Below, piece after piece: positions 49,850 through 63,152 of a DNA stretch of 64,000 bases. Under the pieces are notes generated by a model. It made no database searches. It worked only from the letters and a program-made list of their open reading frames with translations, and had not been told where the DNA came from. A program made the translations under genes and the position numbers. Position 1 is the first letter of the stretch; every line of letters begins with the position of its first letter. Source of the stretch: the human T2T-CHM13v2.0 reference genome, Homo sapiens; assembly GCF_009914755.1 (NCBI RefSeq), contig NC_060925.1; one strand, 5' to 3'.

Positions 49850-50350
49850 AAGTTGGAATGTTCTGGGGCTTAGTTTCTTTGACCCCTTCCTTGCTTACTC
49901 CCTAGGCGATGTCTTTCAACCATGTGGATGGTCTACACATCCATAGGCTAATAACCCCCATGTTTATATCTCTTGTCTGGACTCCTCTGAACTTCAGACT
50001 CATATATCCAGTAGCCTATTCCTGTCTCTATTCAAATGTCTAACAGACATCTCACTCTCAACAACAGAACTCTTGATTTTCCCCACAAACCTGCCCTCCT
50101 TATAGTTCTCCCCCTCTCAGTAAATGTACCTCCTCTCTTCTCGTTGCTCAGCCCCAAAACCTTAGCATCATCCCTGACTCCTCTTTCTCTTACATCCCAC
50201 ATTCAACCTGTCAGCAAATCTTGTCATTCTAGAATCCATCCACTTCTCATCACTTCCACAGCAACCTCCCTTCTCCAAGCCACAGTCTCATTGTGCCTGG
50301 ATTCATGTCACAGCCTCCATAGCAGATACTCAGCATCCCTCTCCCCGGTG
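49850..50350 (+). mobile_element. L2 fragment
   Basis: ctctgaacttcagactcatatatcc...atgtctaacagacatctca. Confidence 0.7.
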
Positions 50351-50629
50351 TGTTAAGTATTGCTTAGGCAAATAGCATGTCCCCTGGGCCCTCCTGCAGA
50401 ATAAAACTGTTGGGTTTCCCAGCCCTACATGAGGTAGCCAGTCTTGTAAGCCTACTACTCTGAGGCTTTTCATCCCTTCTTTCACCAATGCCATAGAAGT
50501 TGTCATAGTTCTACAAGGGCCATCCCTTTCCCGGAGCAGCAAGTTAGCACTACTTCCCCGGGTGCATACAAGGGAGTTAAATCCTGCATCATAGGAGAAT
50601 ACTCCCATATCAGTATGCTCTCCATGGCA

Positions 50630-51134
50630 GGAGACTCTAGGTTGGCCCCCTGATCCCACCTTCTAGTGTTTACATTCTTGTGTAATCCCCCCACAGAGCG
50701 CAATCCAGACACATGCTGAGTTCTATGTGGTTACTTGTATGTGAGTAACATTTGTCTTGCTAGGAGGACTCTCTCTTGCTGGCTTCCAAGGAGCAAGATG
50801 CCATGTCATGAGTTGCCTTAAGGAGAGGGCCACGTGGCAAGGCACTGAAGGTGGCCTCTGGCAGACAGCCAGCGAGAAACAGGCCTTCAGTCTGATAGTC
50901 TGCAAGGCCCTGAATCCTGCCAACAACTGTGTAAACTTAGAAGTGGGTCCTTCTTCACTTGAGCTTTCAGGTAAGATCTCAGCTCAGGCTGACACCTTGA
51001 TTGCAGCCTTGCAGAGGACCCAGGAAATCTGTGCTGGAACTCTTGACCCAGTGAAACTATGAGAAAATAAATGTGTGTTCTTTTAAGCCACAAAATTTGT
51101 GGGGTACTGTAATACAGAAATAGATAACTAATAC
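50630..51134 (+). mobile_element. MaLR LTR (MLT1E/F-like)
   Basis: agagggccacgtggcaagg...ctgaatcctgccaacaac...ttttaagccac...aatagataactaataca. Confidence 0.75.
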
Positions 51135-52369
51135 AGTTATGTTCTGTCCATCCCCTGCCTTGATCAGTCTTAGAATCTAGTCCCATACACACTGTCCCAG
51201 GTTTGACCAATTCATACTGGCCACGTCTGGAGCTCCTTTCTTCTCTTAGCAGGTCCAGCACTTCCCCAGCTGTGATATATTGTGACTTGACCGTAGTTAT
51301 TGGTTTTAGCAATTGACAGCTACATTTTGCCAGAGGTGATGAGGTCCTCATAGCCAGCCTGACAGTGAGCGATGCCGTCCAAAAATCCCATTTTAGAGTC
51401 AGCATCCTAAGACCACTTCTCATATCAACTGTCATAGTTCAGGTACACAGAGAAACAGATTCCAAGATTCTGAGATGTGCGTGCACGAGGTTTTTTTGGG
51501 GTGCACTCTTGGGACAAACATCTTCAAGGAGTGAGGGTAGCAGGATTGAGCTGGGGAAGAAATTGACCTGCACTGCAGTTGCAACAAAGGTTTCAGCTGC
51601 TCCTATAAGTTGCCATAGCACCCAAATGGTCTTCAGTGCTGTTCTGCTTTGAGGCAAGAGGGCTGGGACTTAAAACTTTCTCATCATCCAAAATTGTTGA
51701 AGGCAGGCTGCTTGCAGGGAAGGGGGCATAATCTTGGCAGGCAAATCTTCACTGGGGGAAATTCCCCAAGAGAAAGTCAACTGAGAACAGTCAATCGCCA
51801 ACACTCCCAGCAGGGAGGGGGGATAAGTACCCAGATCCTGAGCACATCCAACACCCACTACATTCTCCCTAGAGGTCCTCCTCCACCTATTTCCACCCCA
51901 TCTCACACTTCTCCAGCCACCCCACCCAGATACCAGCCTCTCTCACCTTCAAGAAAGACTGGTTATTGGACCTGTAAAATCAGGCTGGGAGTGTCCCGTC
52001 CCCAGGAGCTGGCAAAACAACAGGCTCCAAGGGCCTCAGTCTCATCCTCACCATCCCAGAGCAGCTTGAGAAATGATCCTATGTGGCCCTACGATGTTCA
52101 GTGAAGAGAACAGGAGAAGAAGCCACTGGGAAAGAAACAGGTCCTTTCCCTTTTGCTCAGTGGGCTGCAGAATGCCAGGTCAGTATATGATCTCACTTAA
52201 CCATCACAGCAACCGTGAGCTGAAAATTGTTCTCTCTGCTTTCCCAGTGAAGAGTCTGAGCGTCAGAGGGATTAGTAATGTGGGTGCCAGTCTTTCTGTA
52301 GCACTTGCTCTCTCTGTCTTCTTTGCTGCCCCTTCCTCATCCTGCCCCTAAGTACTGGAATCACTCACT

Positions 52370-53870
52370 TATGAGGGAGTCTCACCCCACTCTATGGCTT
52401 TAAGTACCAACTTTGCACTGATGATTCTTCAGCTTTGTATCTTCAGCTCAGACTGCTCCCCAGAACTCCCAGCCTGGATATTCATTTGCCTTCTCAGCAT
52501 CTTTTCTTGGATATCAAAGAATGAACTTAATAGTTCAAAACAGAGTTCTTGGTTTTCTCTGCCAAATCTCACCACCCGCATTCCTACCGCCTTAGTTTCC
52601 ATTTCTACTCAGAATGGTACTGTCATTCTTCCAGTTGCTCAGGCCAAACACCTGGTGTTGTCCTTGACATTGCTTTATCTCTCACACCTCATGTCCATCT
52701 ATTTGCATATATTATCAGATTTTCCTTTGAATCTGACCCTTTCTTACCAACTCTGCTGCCACCATACTGGCCTAAACACTGTCATCTCCCATCAGTACTA
52801 TTGCAAGAGCTACTTCCTTAGTCTTTGCTCCTCAGTGTCTTCTCTACATAGTAGCCAGAGTGATCCTTTTAAACTGTAAGATCATTTGGGAGGCCAAGGT
52901 GGGAGGATTGTTTGAGGCCAGGAGTTTGAGACCAGCCTAGGTAACATAGAAAGACTTCGTCTCAAGTTTAAAAATCAGCTGAGCACAGTGGCACACACTG
53001 GTAGTCCTAGCTACTCGAGAGACAGAGGCAGGAGGATTGTTTGAGGCCAGGAGTTTGAGACCAGCCTAGGTAACATAGGAAGACTTCGTCTCAAGTTTAA
53101 AAATCAGCTGAGCACAGTAGCACACACTGGTAGTCCTAGCTACTCGAGAGACAGAGGCAGGAGGATTGCTTGAGCCCAGAGTTTGAGGTTGCAGTGAGCT
53201 ATGATCATACTACTGCACTCTAGCCTGGGCAACAGAGCAAGATCCTGTCTCAAAAATAAATAAGTAAATGAAATGAAATGTAAGATCATGTCCTTCTTCA
53301 ATTCAACACTTTCCAGTAGCTTCTTATTTCATCCAGAATAAAATCCAAAGTCCTTGCCGTGGCTTACAAGACTACCTGATCTGGCACCCCCTCAACCCCT
53401 CTGTCCTCATTTCTTACTCTCATCTCTTGCTCCTACATCTCACCCTTTCTTTATTCCACTCTAACCAGTATGGCCTCATTGCTAGTCCTCAATACCCCCA
53501 AAATGTTGCTCCTATCACAGCCCATTTCAGTCCTTGTTTCCTTATAGAGATTTATATCACTCCCTGCAACACTCTTTCTTTTGGTCTCTGCTCCAATGCG
53601 CTCTGTTTGGGTGCCTCTCCCTATATCAAGGAGGCATTTCTTACCAGCCTAGCTTAAAACAGATGCTGTCCTCACCCTATCATTCTCTAACACTCTTATT
53701 CTGGTCTATTTTTCTGCATATTGTGTGTTTGATAGCCTCTCCACCTAGAATGTAAGCTCCATGAAGGCAAGTCTGCTGTTCACTGATGTGTCTCCAGCAT
53801 CTAGAACAGTACCTGGCACACATTGAGTGCTCAATCAGTGTCTGTTGCAAGAATAAGTGAATGATTGAGT
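52370..53870 (+). mobile_element. L2 (3' part) interrupted by an Alu
   Basis: ccagttgctcaggccaaa; tagaatgtaagctccatgaaggca...tgagtgctcaatc...tgaatga. Confidence 0.8.
52886..53275 (+). mobile_element. AluJ-like element with a 129-bp internal tandem duplication
   Basis: 52902-53030 repeated at 53031-53159 with 2 mismatches; TSD tgtaagatcat. Confidence 0.93.
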
Positions 53871-54649
53871 AAACTGCCATGGCAGAGACATGGCCTGGCA
53901 GGTTTCTTGTGAGGTTTTTGGAAAATGTTCTGTGACAGCTCAGAGAGCAGCAGGTAACAGCAGAAACTCGTATATTGGCTGCCTCTTTTTTTTAGTCTAG
54001 GGATTTCTCATCCTGTATTTGTTGTTGTCTTATCACCTCATTCAAAATAGAGTTCTAAAACCTCATGGCTTCTACCCAGACCAATAGGGTTTATGACATG
54101 GCACAACCAAACCCCTTCTTCCTTATCCATTTCCCAAACACAAATCCACATCCACATCTACATCTACACCCACACTTAGCTTTAGCAAACAAATCTTCAC
54201 AGAACACATTAAGCTAACCAAATATATAAAAATATATATTTACAAAAAGATTTTAGGAGATGTTTATCCATTTCACAGAAGGATCTTTTGCTTTGGAAAA
54301 GGATTCACCACGGGAATCCTCTCCATAACTAGTTCACCAAATCATTTTAAAATAGGACTTGACTTCAAGTGTCTCTCCTAGAAGAAAAGAAAGAAGCCTG
54401 TATTTACCAAATACCCATATGTTCACATCACTGGGCCTACACTATTGGCTATTACTTTATTTAATGAGTTAGTGAGTTATACCAGGGGCCTATCTCATTA
54501 TTACATCCATTTATTGTATCTTTTGAGTGTCTTTGAATTCCACAGATGATTATATTTTATCCAAGGAAAAAGATAAAAATACATAGCATGCTGGGGTCAC
54601 TTAGTTTTGGAACAAGTAGATTTTATACACCTCAAAAACACTTAAGAAG

Positions 54650-55590
54650 GCAACTTCCATTTCTAGCCATTATGGAATAACTAGCAGACTAGTCTTCCTG
54701 TTTTCAACAACTCTTAAACTGGAAAAAAATGTATGAAATAATTGTTTTCAGACTTTAGACAGGATTGAGATTCCTGAGAGGAGGAAAACAAATGAGATGA
54801 ACTTGTCAATTGCCCTGGCTTTTTGTCTGGAGCACTTTGCCCACTGTGGTACAAGGAGGGGGTGCTCTGATAGTGGATGGTCCTCTTGTTGAGCCAAGAT
54901 GGCAGACATCAGAGCTCAGCACTACTGAAATGGTTGGAACTTGTGGGCAAGGCACTGGAGAAAAGGGAACTTTGCAGAGAAAGGACTCTACACATCTGCT
55001 TAGAGGTCCCCATGAGTCTTTAGCTGATATTAAGCTGTACTTATGTGGGACAAGACTCCATGAGTTGGAACAAAGACTAACTATCAGGGAAAAAAACAAC
55101 CACTGGGATGATGTGAACTAACAACCACAAAAACTCACACAGCCCTAGGAGACATTAAAGTTTTGACCAGCCAGATGGAGAGATCTCACTGAACACTCCA
55201 AGCAGTCATTAGAGACCCTAGGAAGGCCATATCTTAGGATAGGGCTAATTTAACCTTACAGTAAAGGCTACTCTAGTAAAGACTACTCTAATAAGGCTTA
55301 AAAACAGCTCTTATTTTATTTATTTAGTTAGTTAGAGAGGCTAAGGGAAGGGAAAAGGAGAGGAGAAGGATGGGGGGCAAAACAACTCCTGTAAAAACCA
55401 AGTTGATCCACAAGTAAATTAACTACCAACTAGAACAAAACTCAACATAATTAAAGAAGACAACAAAATCCAGAATTCAACAATGTAGCACTGACAATGT
55501 CCAGCATCCAATCAAAGATTACTAAACATCTGAAGAAGTAGAAAAAATGACCTATAGTGAGAAGAAATATCAGCCAACAGAAATAAATGC
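54650..55590 (+). mobile_element. Old L1M 5'-region fragment
   Basis: acttccatttctagccattatgg...; aatgtccagcatccaatcaaagattactaaacat. Confidence 0.5.
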
Positions 55591-55999
55591 TTCTAATGTT
55601 TTCCTTGCAATGTGGTACAGTATTTTCTTTTTGGAATTAGAACTCTGATTCAGTAAGAAGGTAAATGATATTCTGGCTATTTTGTTTAAAAGGCAGAGTA
55701 TATAATATTTTTAAGGATTTATGTCCCAAATAGAATAAATAGAAACTTGGGGTAAGCTTCACCTCTTTGACAATAACTCTTGAATCATATGAATAATTTA
55801 CAACTTCATAGAATTATCACACTGTAAGAGGCCATGGAGATCATCTATTCCCTCATTTGAGAAATGAGAAAACCAAAGCCCAGTGACTTGTTATGGTAAG
55901 AAGCAGTTGGGTAATCATTGAGCCAGGTTAATTCCAAAGCCTAGGCTTTTTCCATGCTGCTTCTAGAGCCATCTTGTTAATTTTTAAATTCCACAGTAT

Positions 56000-57037
56000 T
56001 TATTGCAGACCTGCTAAGGAGGGCACCATCCTAGGCATTGGACATAGAGCCATGAACAAGTTGGATATGACCCCTCTTCATGGAGCTCACATTCTAGGGC
56101 AAAAGGCATGCAATAAGCAAGAAAACAAATGTATATAAAATCTACATTGGGAGAAGTACTCAGAAGAAAATAAAGACAGAAAAATGGGATAGAGAATGAC
56201 TGGGGGGTGAGAGAGGTGCCAAATTTGGTTTGTGTGGTGACAGAAGGCTTCTCTAAGAAGGTGACATCTGCCCTCAGGCCTCAATGATGATAAAGAGCCA
56301 GCCATATGAAAATGGGCAGGAAAATAATTCCAGGATGAGGGATAGCAAGTACAAAGTCTCTAAGGTGGGAATGAGTTTGGCATGACCATGGTAACAAGGA
56401 ATGGAGAGGGGAATGGTGATAAAGAGTTAGGGACTGCAGACTTGCATCCTGGACCTATTGCTAATTTTCTGTATTGCTTAGTTAAGTCTAGGTGATCACT
56501 AAGGCTCTGACATGTTATGGTTCTCTAATTTACGGAGCATATTCAATGTGACAATAACAAGAAGTACCATGCAGAGAATAAAGAAACAAGATAATGTCCT
56601 ATGTATGGTGCAAAAAGAATGGGCTTTGAAAGCAGCTTAACTCATTTGGATCCACATGTATTAACCACGTATTATTGGATAACTTCTTCAAGGCCTTATT
56701 AGTCTCGGCTTCTTCACTGATAAAAATAGGTATAATGCTAAATAGCACAGAGTGACCAGAAAAATTGACTGAGATGTGTAATAAAACCAAGCCCAGTGTT
56801 TGGCGCATATTAGCAGCTCAAAAAATGTTATTTTAAATCTTCTGTCTGGGGAACACGACTGATAATACTCATTATAAAGGCATGTGAAAACATCTAAGGA
56901 GAGGATGAAAGGGTTCATTAATCACAGATCTGTGTGACATACCTACTAAGTGCCAGGCACTGCTCTAAGTGCTGGGGATGGACTGATGAGCATGACACAC
57001 ACCCTGTTTCTTTTGGAGCTTGCATTCTGGATAGGGA
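56000..57037 (-). mobile_element. L2 fragments (with a plus-strand MIR at ~56610-56830); host site of the ERV insertion
   Basis: ttcatggagctcacattctag; gaaggcttctctaagaaggtgacat; cctactaagtgccaggcactg. Confidence 0.65.
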
Positions 57038-57498
57038 TGTAGCAGGACGAGCTGCAGACAAAACTCCTCAGACACCGAGTTAAAGAAGGAAGGGGTTTAT
57101 TCAGCCGGGGGCATCGGCAAGACTCCTGTCTCAAGAGCCGAGCCCCCCGAATGAGCAATTCCTGTCCCTTTTAAGGGCTCACAACTCTAAGGGGGTGCGC
57201 GTGAGAGGGTCGTGATTGATTGAGCAAGCAGGGGGTATGTGACTGGGGGCTGCATGCACCGGTAATTATATCGGAACAAAACAGGATAGGGATTTTCACA
57301 GTGCTTTTCTATACAATGTCTGTATCTATGGATAACATAACCGATTAGGTCAGGGGTCGATCTTTGACTACCAGGCCCAGGGTGTGGCACCAGGCTGTCT
57401 GCTTGTGGATTTCATTTCTGCCTTTTAGTTTTTACTTCTTCTTTCTTTGGAGGCAGAAACTGGGCATAAGACAGTATGAGGGGTGGTCTCCTCCCTTA
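57038..57498 (-). mobile_element. 3' LTR (LTR2)
   Basis: Reverse complement reads taagggaggagaccacccctca...aataaaccccttcc...cctgctaca; preceded by PPT aaagtggggaaa (57499-57510). Confidence 0.93.
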
Positions 57499-57519
57499 TT
57501 TCCCCACTTTGAGATTCTC

Positions 57520-59585
57520 ACTCAATAGTGGGAGTTCTCACTTTTATTTTTACTACCGATGTTTTCTTGCAAGACAGATCGATAGTGATTTATATAGTAC
57601 ACTTGTGCTGAAGCATTTTGGTGAACTAAGGTAACGATGAAGTTTTTATCATTTGAAGAAGTACAGGTAGCAAACAAGGGAGCAGTAAGCAGGTTCCTAT
57701 TACTATTATAACTCTTATTATAAGAGTTTTACATCTTTCTAGTGCTGGGAACCATTTTCTAAACATGGCCCCAGGATCAAATCCATGCCACACTTGCACA
57801 GGCATATGTGCCAGTTTTGTCATATCTCTAACTATGTCTTTAACTACTTGCCCTTGATTATCTATGTGTAGGCAGCAATTAGTAAGGTTAAATTTCCTAC
57901 AGACCTCTCTTTCAGCTGCTAGCAAGTAGTCGAGAGCTAATCTATTTTGATAGATAGCATTTCTCTTCTGAGTTTCTTGCCGGTCCAGAATAGTCAAGGC
58001 TCTGCCGGTTTTATTAGTGATTATTTTTAAGATAGCTTGTAACAATATGATTCGGTTGATCATGTAAATGGGGGTCCGGTATCCCCACGAGCTGTCTTGT
58101 GCTTAAGTAGCAGGCCTATAATATTGTATGATTCTCTCAGGGGGCCATTTATTATTTTTAAAATTTTCTATAGCTATGCTTCTCTTTTCATGGGAAGCAT
58201 AGACAGGGAAGCCCAGGAGTTCACCTGTTTTTATGGGCAGTAGGAAGAAAGATGGTTTAATAGTGCCAATAACACAACTACCTGCCCACTGGTCAGGTAA
58301 TTTGGTGTAAGCTCTATGCCCACATATCCAGTATAATCCAGTGGGGGCTGTCCAGTCCCGGTGGGACTCCGGGTGGGTCCACACGGTTTGCAACTTTGGG
58401 AATTTACTAAATGGATTTCTCTCTGTGTGATTTGAACTCCACCAAGTGACTGTTTTTGTGGTACCATTCTACAGTTTCTGTCTCAGACAACTAAGTCGTC
58501 CTACGGGGTGAGTGAATTCTTTTCCTTCTCTAGCTATGCAATATTGTCTAATAATTGAGGCTTTTAGGACCCAGAAATTATCAGGGTGATTCTTTTGAGC
58601 CGGGAATTCACCAGAAACTGGGTCTGTAGGTACTAATTCTCAGGCTTCCCCTGGCCATTGATCTCCTATTACAGTTCCTCCACATACGTACCATGAACTG
58701 ATATTGAGAGACTGTGTTATATGCTCGGCTAATTGCAAAAACAAATTTCTTGTTTTTCCTGGAATTTCTGGTGCTGGCACATTTAGTTCATCATAGAAAG
58801 TTTGAAACACTGGCTCAGGAGAGCATTTGTAAACCTCTCCTCGAACCAAGATATTTACTCGAGGATCCAGTCCGGCCCCATCGATTCTTAAGGTCACACG
58901 CTCCTCTTTTTTTCTAGCAAGGATCAAGGGGATTGGTTATTGCTAGCTCTAAGGGGTTACATTGTCCTTTAGTACAGGAAGGGCCATTTTTTCCTTTCTG
59001 AAGGTGGACTGGATCTTTTTTATTTTTTTAATCCAAGTGGCCTAAATGACACAAGACCAGTATTTACATTTATTTCTACACAGTCCTAATTTATGGCAGA
59101 TGTACTTATTTTCTGCCATATAGCCTCTTTTCTAATTAAGAGAACACACCTTGTTTCTAACTTATTACCATTAATGACAGCACAGGCATCAAATTTTAAG
59201 GTGACTTGTTTGGGCACCCCTTTTTCTTCTGTTTGGCTGACAATTTACTCATATCGTTTATGAGCCTCCACCAGTCCTCAGTCCTTAATCTTATTTTAAA
59301 AACTGTGGTTATGGGAGGATCAGATGGGTCATAACACACATCAGGTTGGTCATTTACTGGGCTACATACCTTGTATAGAATAACATTATACAAACAAGTT
59401 CTTTTTAGAGTTCCAGTACACTTATAATAACTGTAAAATAATAGGAACGTAGCAACCTTTTGCCCTACCTTAGTGACTTGATGTATACACTGGGAACAGT
59501 CCTCAGTCTGAGGAACGTCAGTTGACGTCCTTACTGTAAAAGTCCAAATTTTAAGGAAAATGAAACCCGCGACTAGTTTTCTCAT
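57520..59585 (-). pseudogene. Disrupted HERV-E-type env
   Basis: Signal-peptide-like MRKLVAGFIFLKIW, CSQC motif, cleavage site [19 protein letters not shown]6CC ([10 protein letters not shown]) and TM segment; split over several ORFs by stops and frameshifts. Confidence 0.9.
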
Positions 59586-59715
59586 GCTTCAGCCGTGCGT
59601 GGACCAGTCAGCTTCTGGGTGTGACTGGAGCAGGGCTTGTCGTCTTCTTCAGAGTCACTTTGCAGGGGTTGGCAAAGCTGCTCCCATCCACGTACTGCTC
59701 ACAGTCTACTGATGT

Positions 59716-60225
59716 TTAAGGATGGTCTCGGAGGTTGGGCCTGCTAGAATAAACTGAGTCCAACACCTCTACACAGTTATGTTCAACTGGGCTCTCTGAT
59801 ACCAGGAGCAAGGTGGTGGGGTTTAGGGTGTTGCAAACTTCAATGGTTATGTGGGGATTTTCACATAGCAAGCTTTGGTGCTTGGTTAATCTAGCATTTG
59901 TTAGCCAATGATGTCCTTTGGTAGTCATTAAAGTTACCAAAGCATGGGGGACTTTTATATTCAGGTTTTGCCTAAGGGTTAGTTTATCTGCTTCTTGTGC
60001 TAACAGGGCCTTTGCTGCTAGGGCCCTTAGACCTGGGGGCCAGCCTTTGGAAACCCCATCTAGTTGTTTTGAGAGATAGGCCACTGGCCTTGGCCAGGGC
60101 CCCACAGTCTGGGTTAAAACTCCAACTGCCGTTTTTTCTCATTCTGACACATAAAGTGTAAAGAGTTTTGTCAGGTCAGGTAGCCTCAGGGCTGGGGCCG
60201 ACATGAGTTTTTCTTTTAACTCATG
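59716..60225 (-). pseudogene. Gammaretroviral pol fragment (RT connection/tether)
   Basis: GPWPRPVAYLSKQLDGVSKGWPP.LRALAA...WLTNARLTK...LNPTTLL. Confidence 0.9.
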
Positions 60226-60328
60226 AAAACCTCATTGCTGTTGATTGTAATAGATGTAGTTTATCTAATCTACATTTTTATTAACTGTCATTTACTAAAA
60301 TATTGACAAATCTCATAACTATTTGATT

Positions 60329-61100
60329 TCAAGCTTTAAATTGATCTGCTATTCTTTGTGGGACTCCAATTGCGTCTAAATAGACATGAGAGTCGAAAGA
60401 CCCGTAAGGGGCTTCTCTTGCTTTACGATGTCTTATTTTTTTTCCTTCCGGTTGATGAAATGCCAGGGCGAAAGGGATGGCCAGTTGGACTAAAGTACAA
60501 GTGCCACTCCAGTTATTCGGCAGAGTGCCCAGTAAAGGTCCACCACAATACCACCACACATCCGCTCAGGGATGAACAAGGGCTGACTGATTGATAAGCT
60601 CTTGAAAATTCTTAAGCTCACTGCATCCCTCCAGGTCTCCAAGGAACGCTGTCTCCTCCTTGTCGTGAGAGACACGAAGTGAACTCAGTGTTGGGAGAAG
60701 GAGGCTGGATGGCCCTGGGGGGCTGACCTGCAGGGTGCCGGACTTTGAGATATAGCAGAGAGAGCTTGGCACGACTTATTTCTCCAGGCTGTAGAATCCT
60801 GAAAAACAGCTACCATGCAGCCTACACCTGGTCGACTGGAGGACCACCTTAGTGGAAAGGGGACAATCTGGGCCTCTGGCCTGCCATGTGCACAAGCATA
60901 ACAGTTGCTTTTGTTTAACATGCAGATAGAATATTTGATCCATTTTAACCAGGCATTTGCATCTTGGTATCCTGTCTTAATTGCTAAAGTTTGTTTTAAG
61001 TCTTTAACTTCTATGATCCTCTAGTAAAATGAATGTATGGTTTTAGGAAATTACAAAAACCAGTTAGGGCAGTCCATCCTTGCTCTTTAGTGGTCAACAG
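60329..61100 (-). pseudogene. Second, unrelated env fragment (HERV-I/HERVIP10-like)
   Basis: LNKSNCYACAHGRPEAQIVPFPL; WWYCGGPLLGTLPNNWSGTCTLVQLAIPF; RKAR; SFDSHVYLDAIGVP. Confidence 0.7.
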
Positions 61101-62917
61101 AATGTTGGACCAACTATGGCATGAAAGCTCTACATCAGGGGCAAGACTCCTGGTTGGCACTGGGGTGTTTATCGAAATCTCCCCGGATTAAATGGTCCTA
61201 GTTTACTAGTGCCCAGTCTGAGGAGAGTCAGGAGGGACAGAAGTACTTTTCTGAAGTAGAAAGCTGTCTTTGGCTTGGCAAGTCCCCACAGGGTATAACA
61301 AGGCAAGCATTAAATGCAATAGTTTGAGGCAAAATTGACTTGGTTATGTTAATAGATGGTCAGCAATAGAACAGTAACAGTAACAGAATAGATGAAAAGA
61401 GTTAAATTTTTCTTAGCTTTAGTTTGGTAGGGCTTTCCCCCGGGACTACGGCCATGACTCTGGAGGGGGTGGTGCTTTCTTGACTCGGGTGTGATGAGTC
61501 CATCCTTTTTTTTTTTTTTTTTTTTTTTTGCTGTACAAACAGCAGTCTTGGTGGTTAGCAGCACAAGGTAGGGTCCTTCCCAGGCTGGCTCGAGTTTTTC
61601 TTCTTTTCACCCTTTGATGAGAACGTGATCTTCAGGCTGGTGCTGGTTTACCGGAAATTTTAGGGGTGGTACATGTGCTAAAAGACTTTTAGTTTTTGAG
61701 AGAAAGGAAAGTGGAAGATAAACCAAGTATATAATTTTTAAGAAATTGACCTTTTGTTTTAAATGTGGGGACCTTGGCAGTGGACTTTAGAGTCCTTAGT
61801 GCCTTTTTACTGAGAAATTTCCTTTAGCACCTATTTTTATTAGTTTTTAAACCAAAGAAAGCCAAATACCATTTTACATTTAACAATGCTTCTCGTATGA
61901 TTTTTATACCAGATAAGCTAAATTTTATCTTTATATTAGTGTGTTATTAATGTTAAACCTAATTTTAATAAAACCTTGTAGACATATTTATCTAATTTTT
62001 AATGTTTGACCATAAGGTAAGATTTTACAGACTCTTTTTAACCTTTTATAATTTTTGCTAAAAAGAAGGTTGGTGCTTTAAGAAAAACCTGCTATGCTTT
62101 TACTTTAATGTCCAGTTTACAAAAAAACTGGATGATACTTCTTTAACTTTAGCTAATATGTGTACACAGAGAATTATTTTTACAATTAATGTTTTAACAC
62201 TTGTTTAAACATTCAAAACAGTAATTTTTTTTAACTTTTTAATGTAGGTAAAAATGTACATTCTTATGCCTCCTTATAATTCTTTTACCAAAGGTATACT
62301 TTACTTTTTTTATACACCTTGCACATAAACTTTTTTTTTTTTAATAGTTTTACATTCAGGAGGCCTAGTTACTTTTAAATTATGCAACATTTTTTGCATA
62401 AATTCTTTTTTATAACTTTTTTTCTTTCATGACTTTTGAAGACAATTCTTTGACATGTCTCAACTTTATGACTTACTACAAATATTTCTTTCTTTAAACA
62501 ACCAGTTAATTTATTTCAGAGCAAGAATTTACCATATAATACTTTTTATATAAATTCCACCTTCCCTTTTTTTTCCTTTTTTTTTTCCCTTAGGATACTT
62601 CTGAACTGGCGAGGTGTGCTCACAATGAGGTTTTCTCTAAAAGTTATTGTTTTTTACTTTTGTTGTTGTCGTTGTTGTTGTTGTTAGCAAAACAGTTGCT
62701 GCTACAGATTGAATGCATTTGGGCCATCCGCGGGTTACTGGGTTAAGGATTTTTGATAGGAAGGCCTCAGTGCTTTCGGGATACGCCCTTGTTTACACTG
62801 ACAAAGTGGTATTGGAGTGTTATAGGGTTACGGAGGATACCTTCAATTATCGATTATAGGTTTTAAATTTACCTTGGCTTTTAAAAGAATAGGGTACACT
62901 TTTTTTTAACTACTTGT

Positions 62918-63125
62918 ATATCTCTTTCTTTCTCTCTTTGACTTTGTCTCTCTCTTTTTGACTCCTTTTGCGTCTGTCTCTTCCTCTCTCTCTCTGCCTC
63001 CTCTTTCTCTCTCTCTCCTTGACTTCCTCTTTGTCTGTCTCTTCCTCTGTCTCTTCCTCTCTCTCTTTGCCTCTTTTCCTCTCTGTCTCTTTCCTTTCTC
63101 TCTCTCTGCTGGTCTTTCCTTGCCT
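62918..63125. repeat. (CT)-rich polypyrimidine low-complexity tract
   Basis: Direct: tctctttctttctctctttg... Confidence 0.9.
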
Positions 63126-63152
63126 TTGCCAGCTGCTTCTGCTGCTGTTCTC

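Noticed and set aside
57626-59585. Co-opted intact env (syncytin-like)
   Set aside because: Fragmented by stops and frameshifts; no continuous SU-TM ORF.
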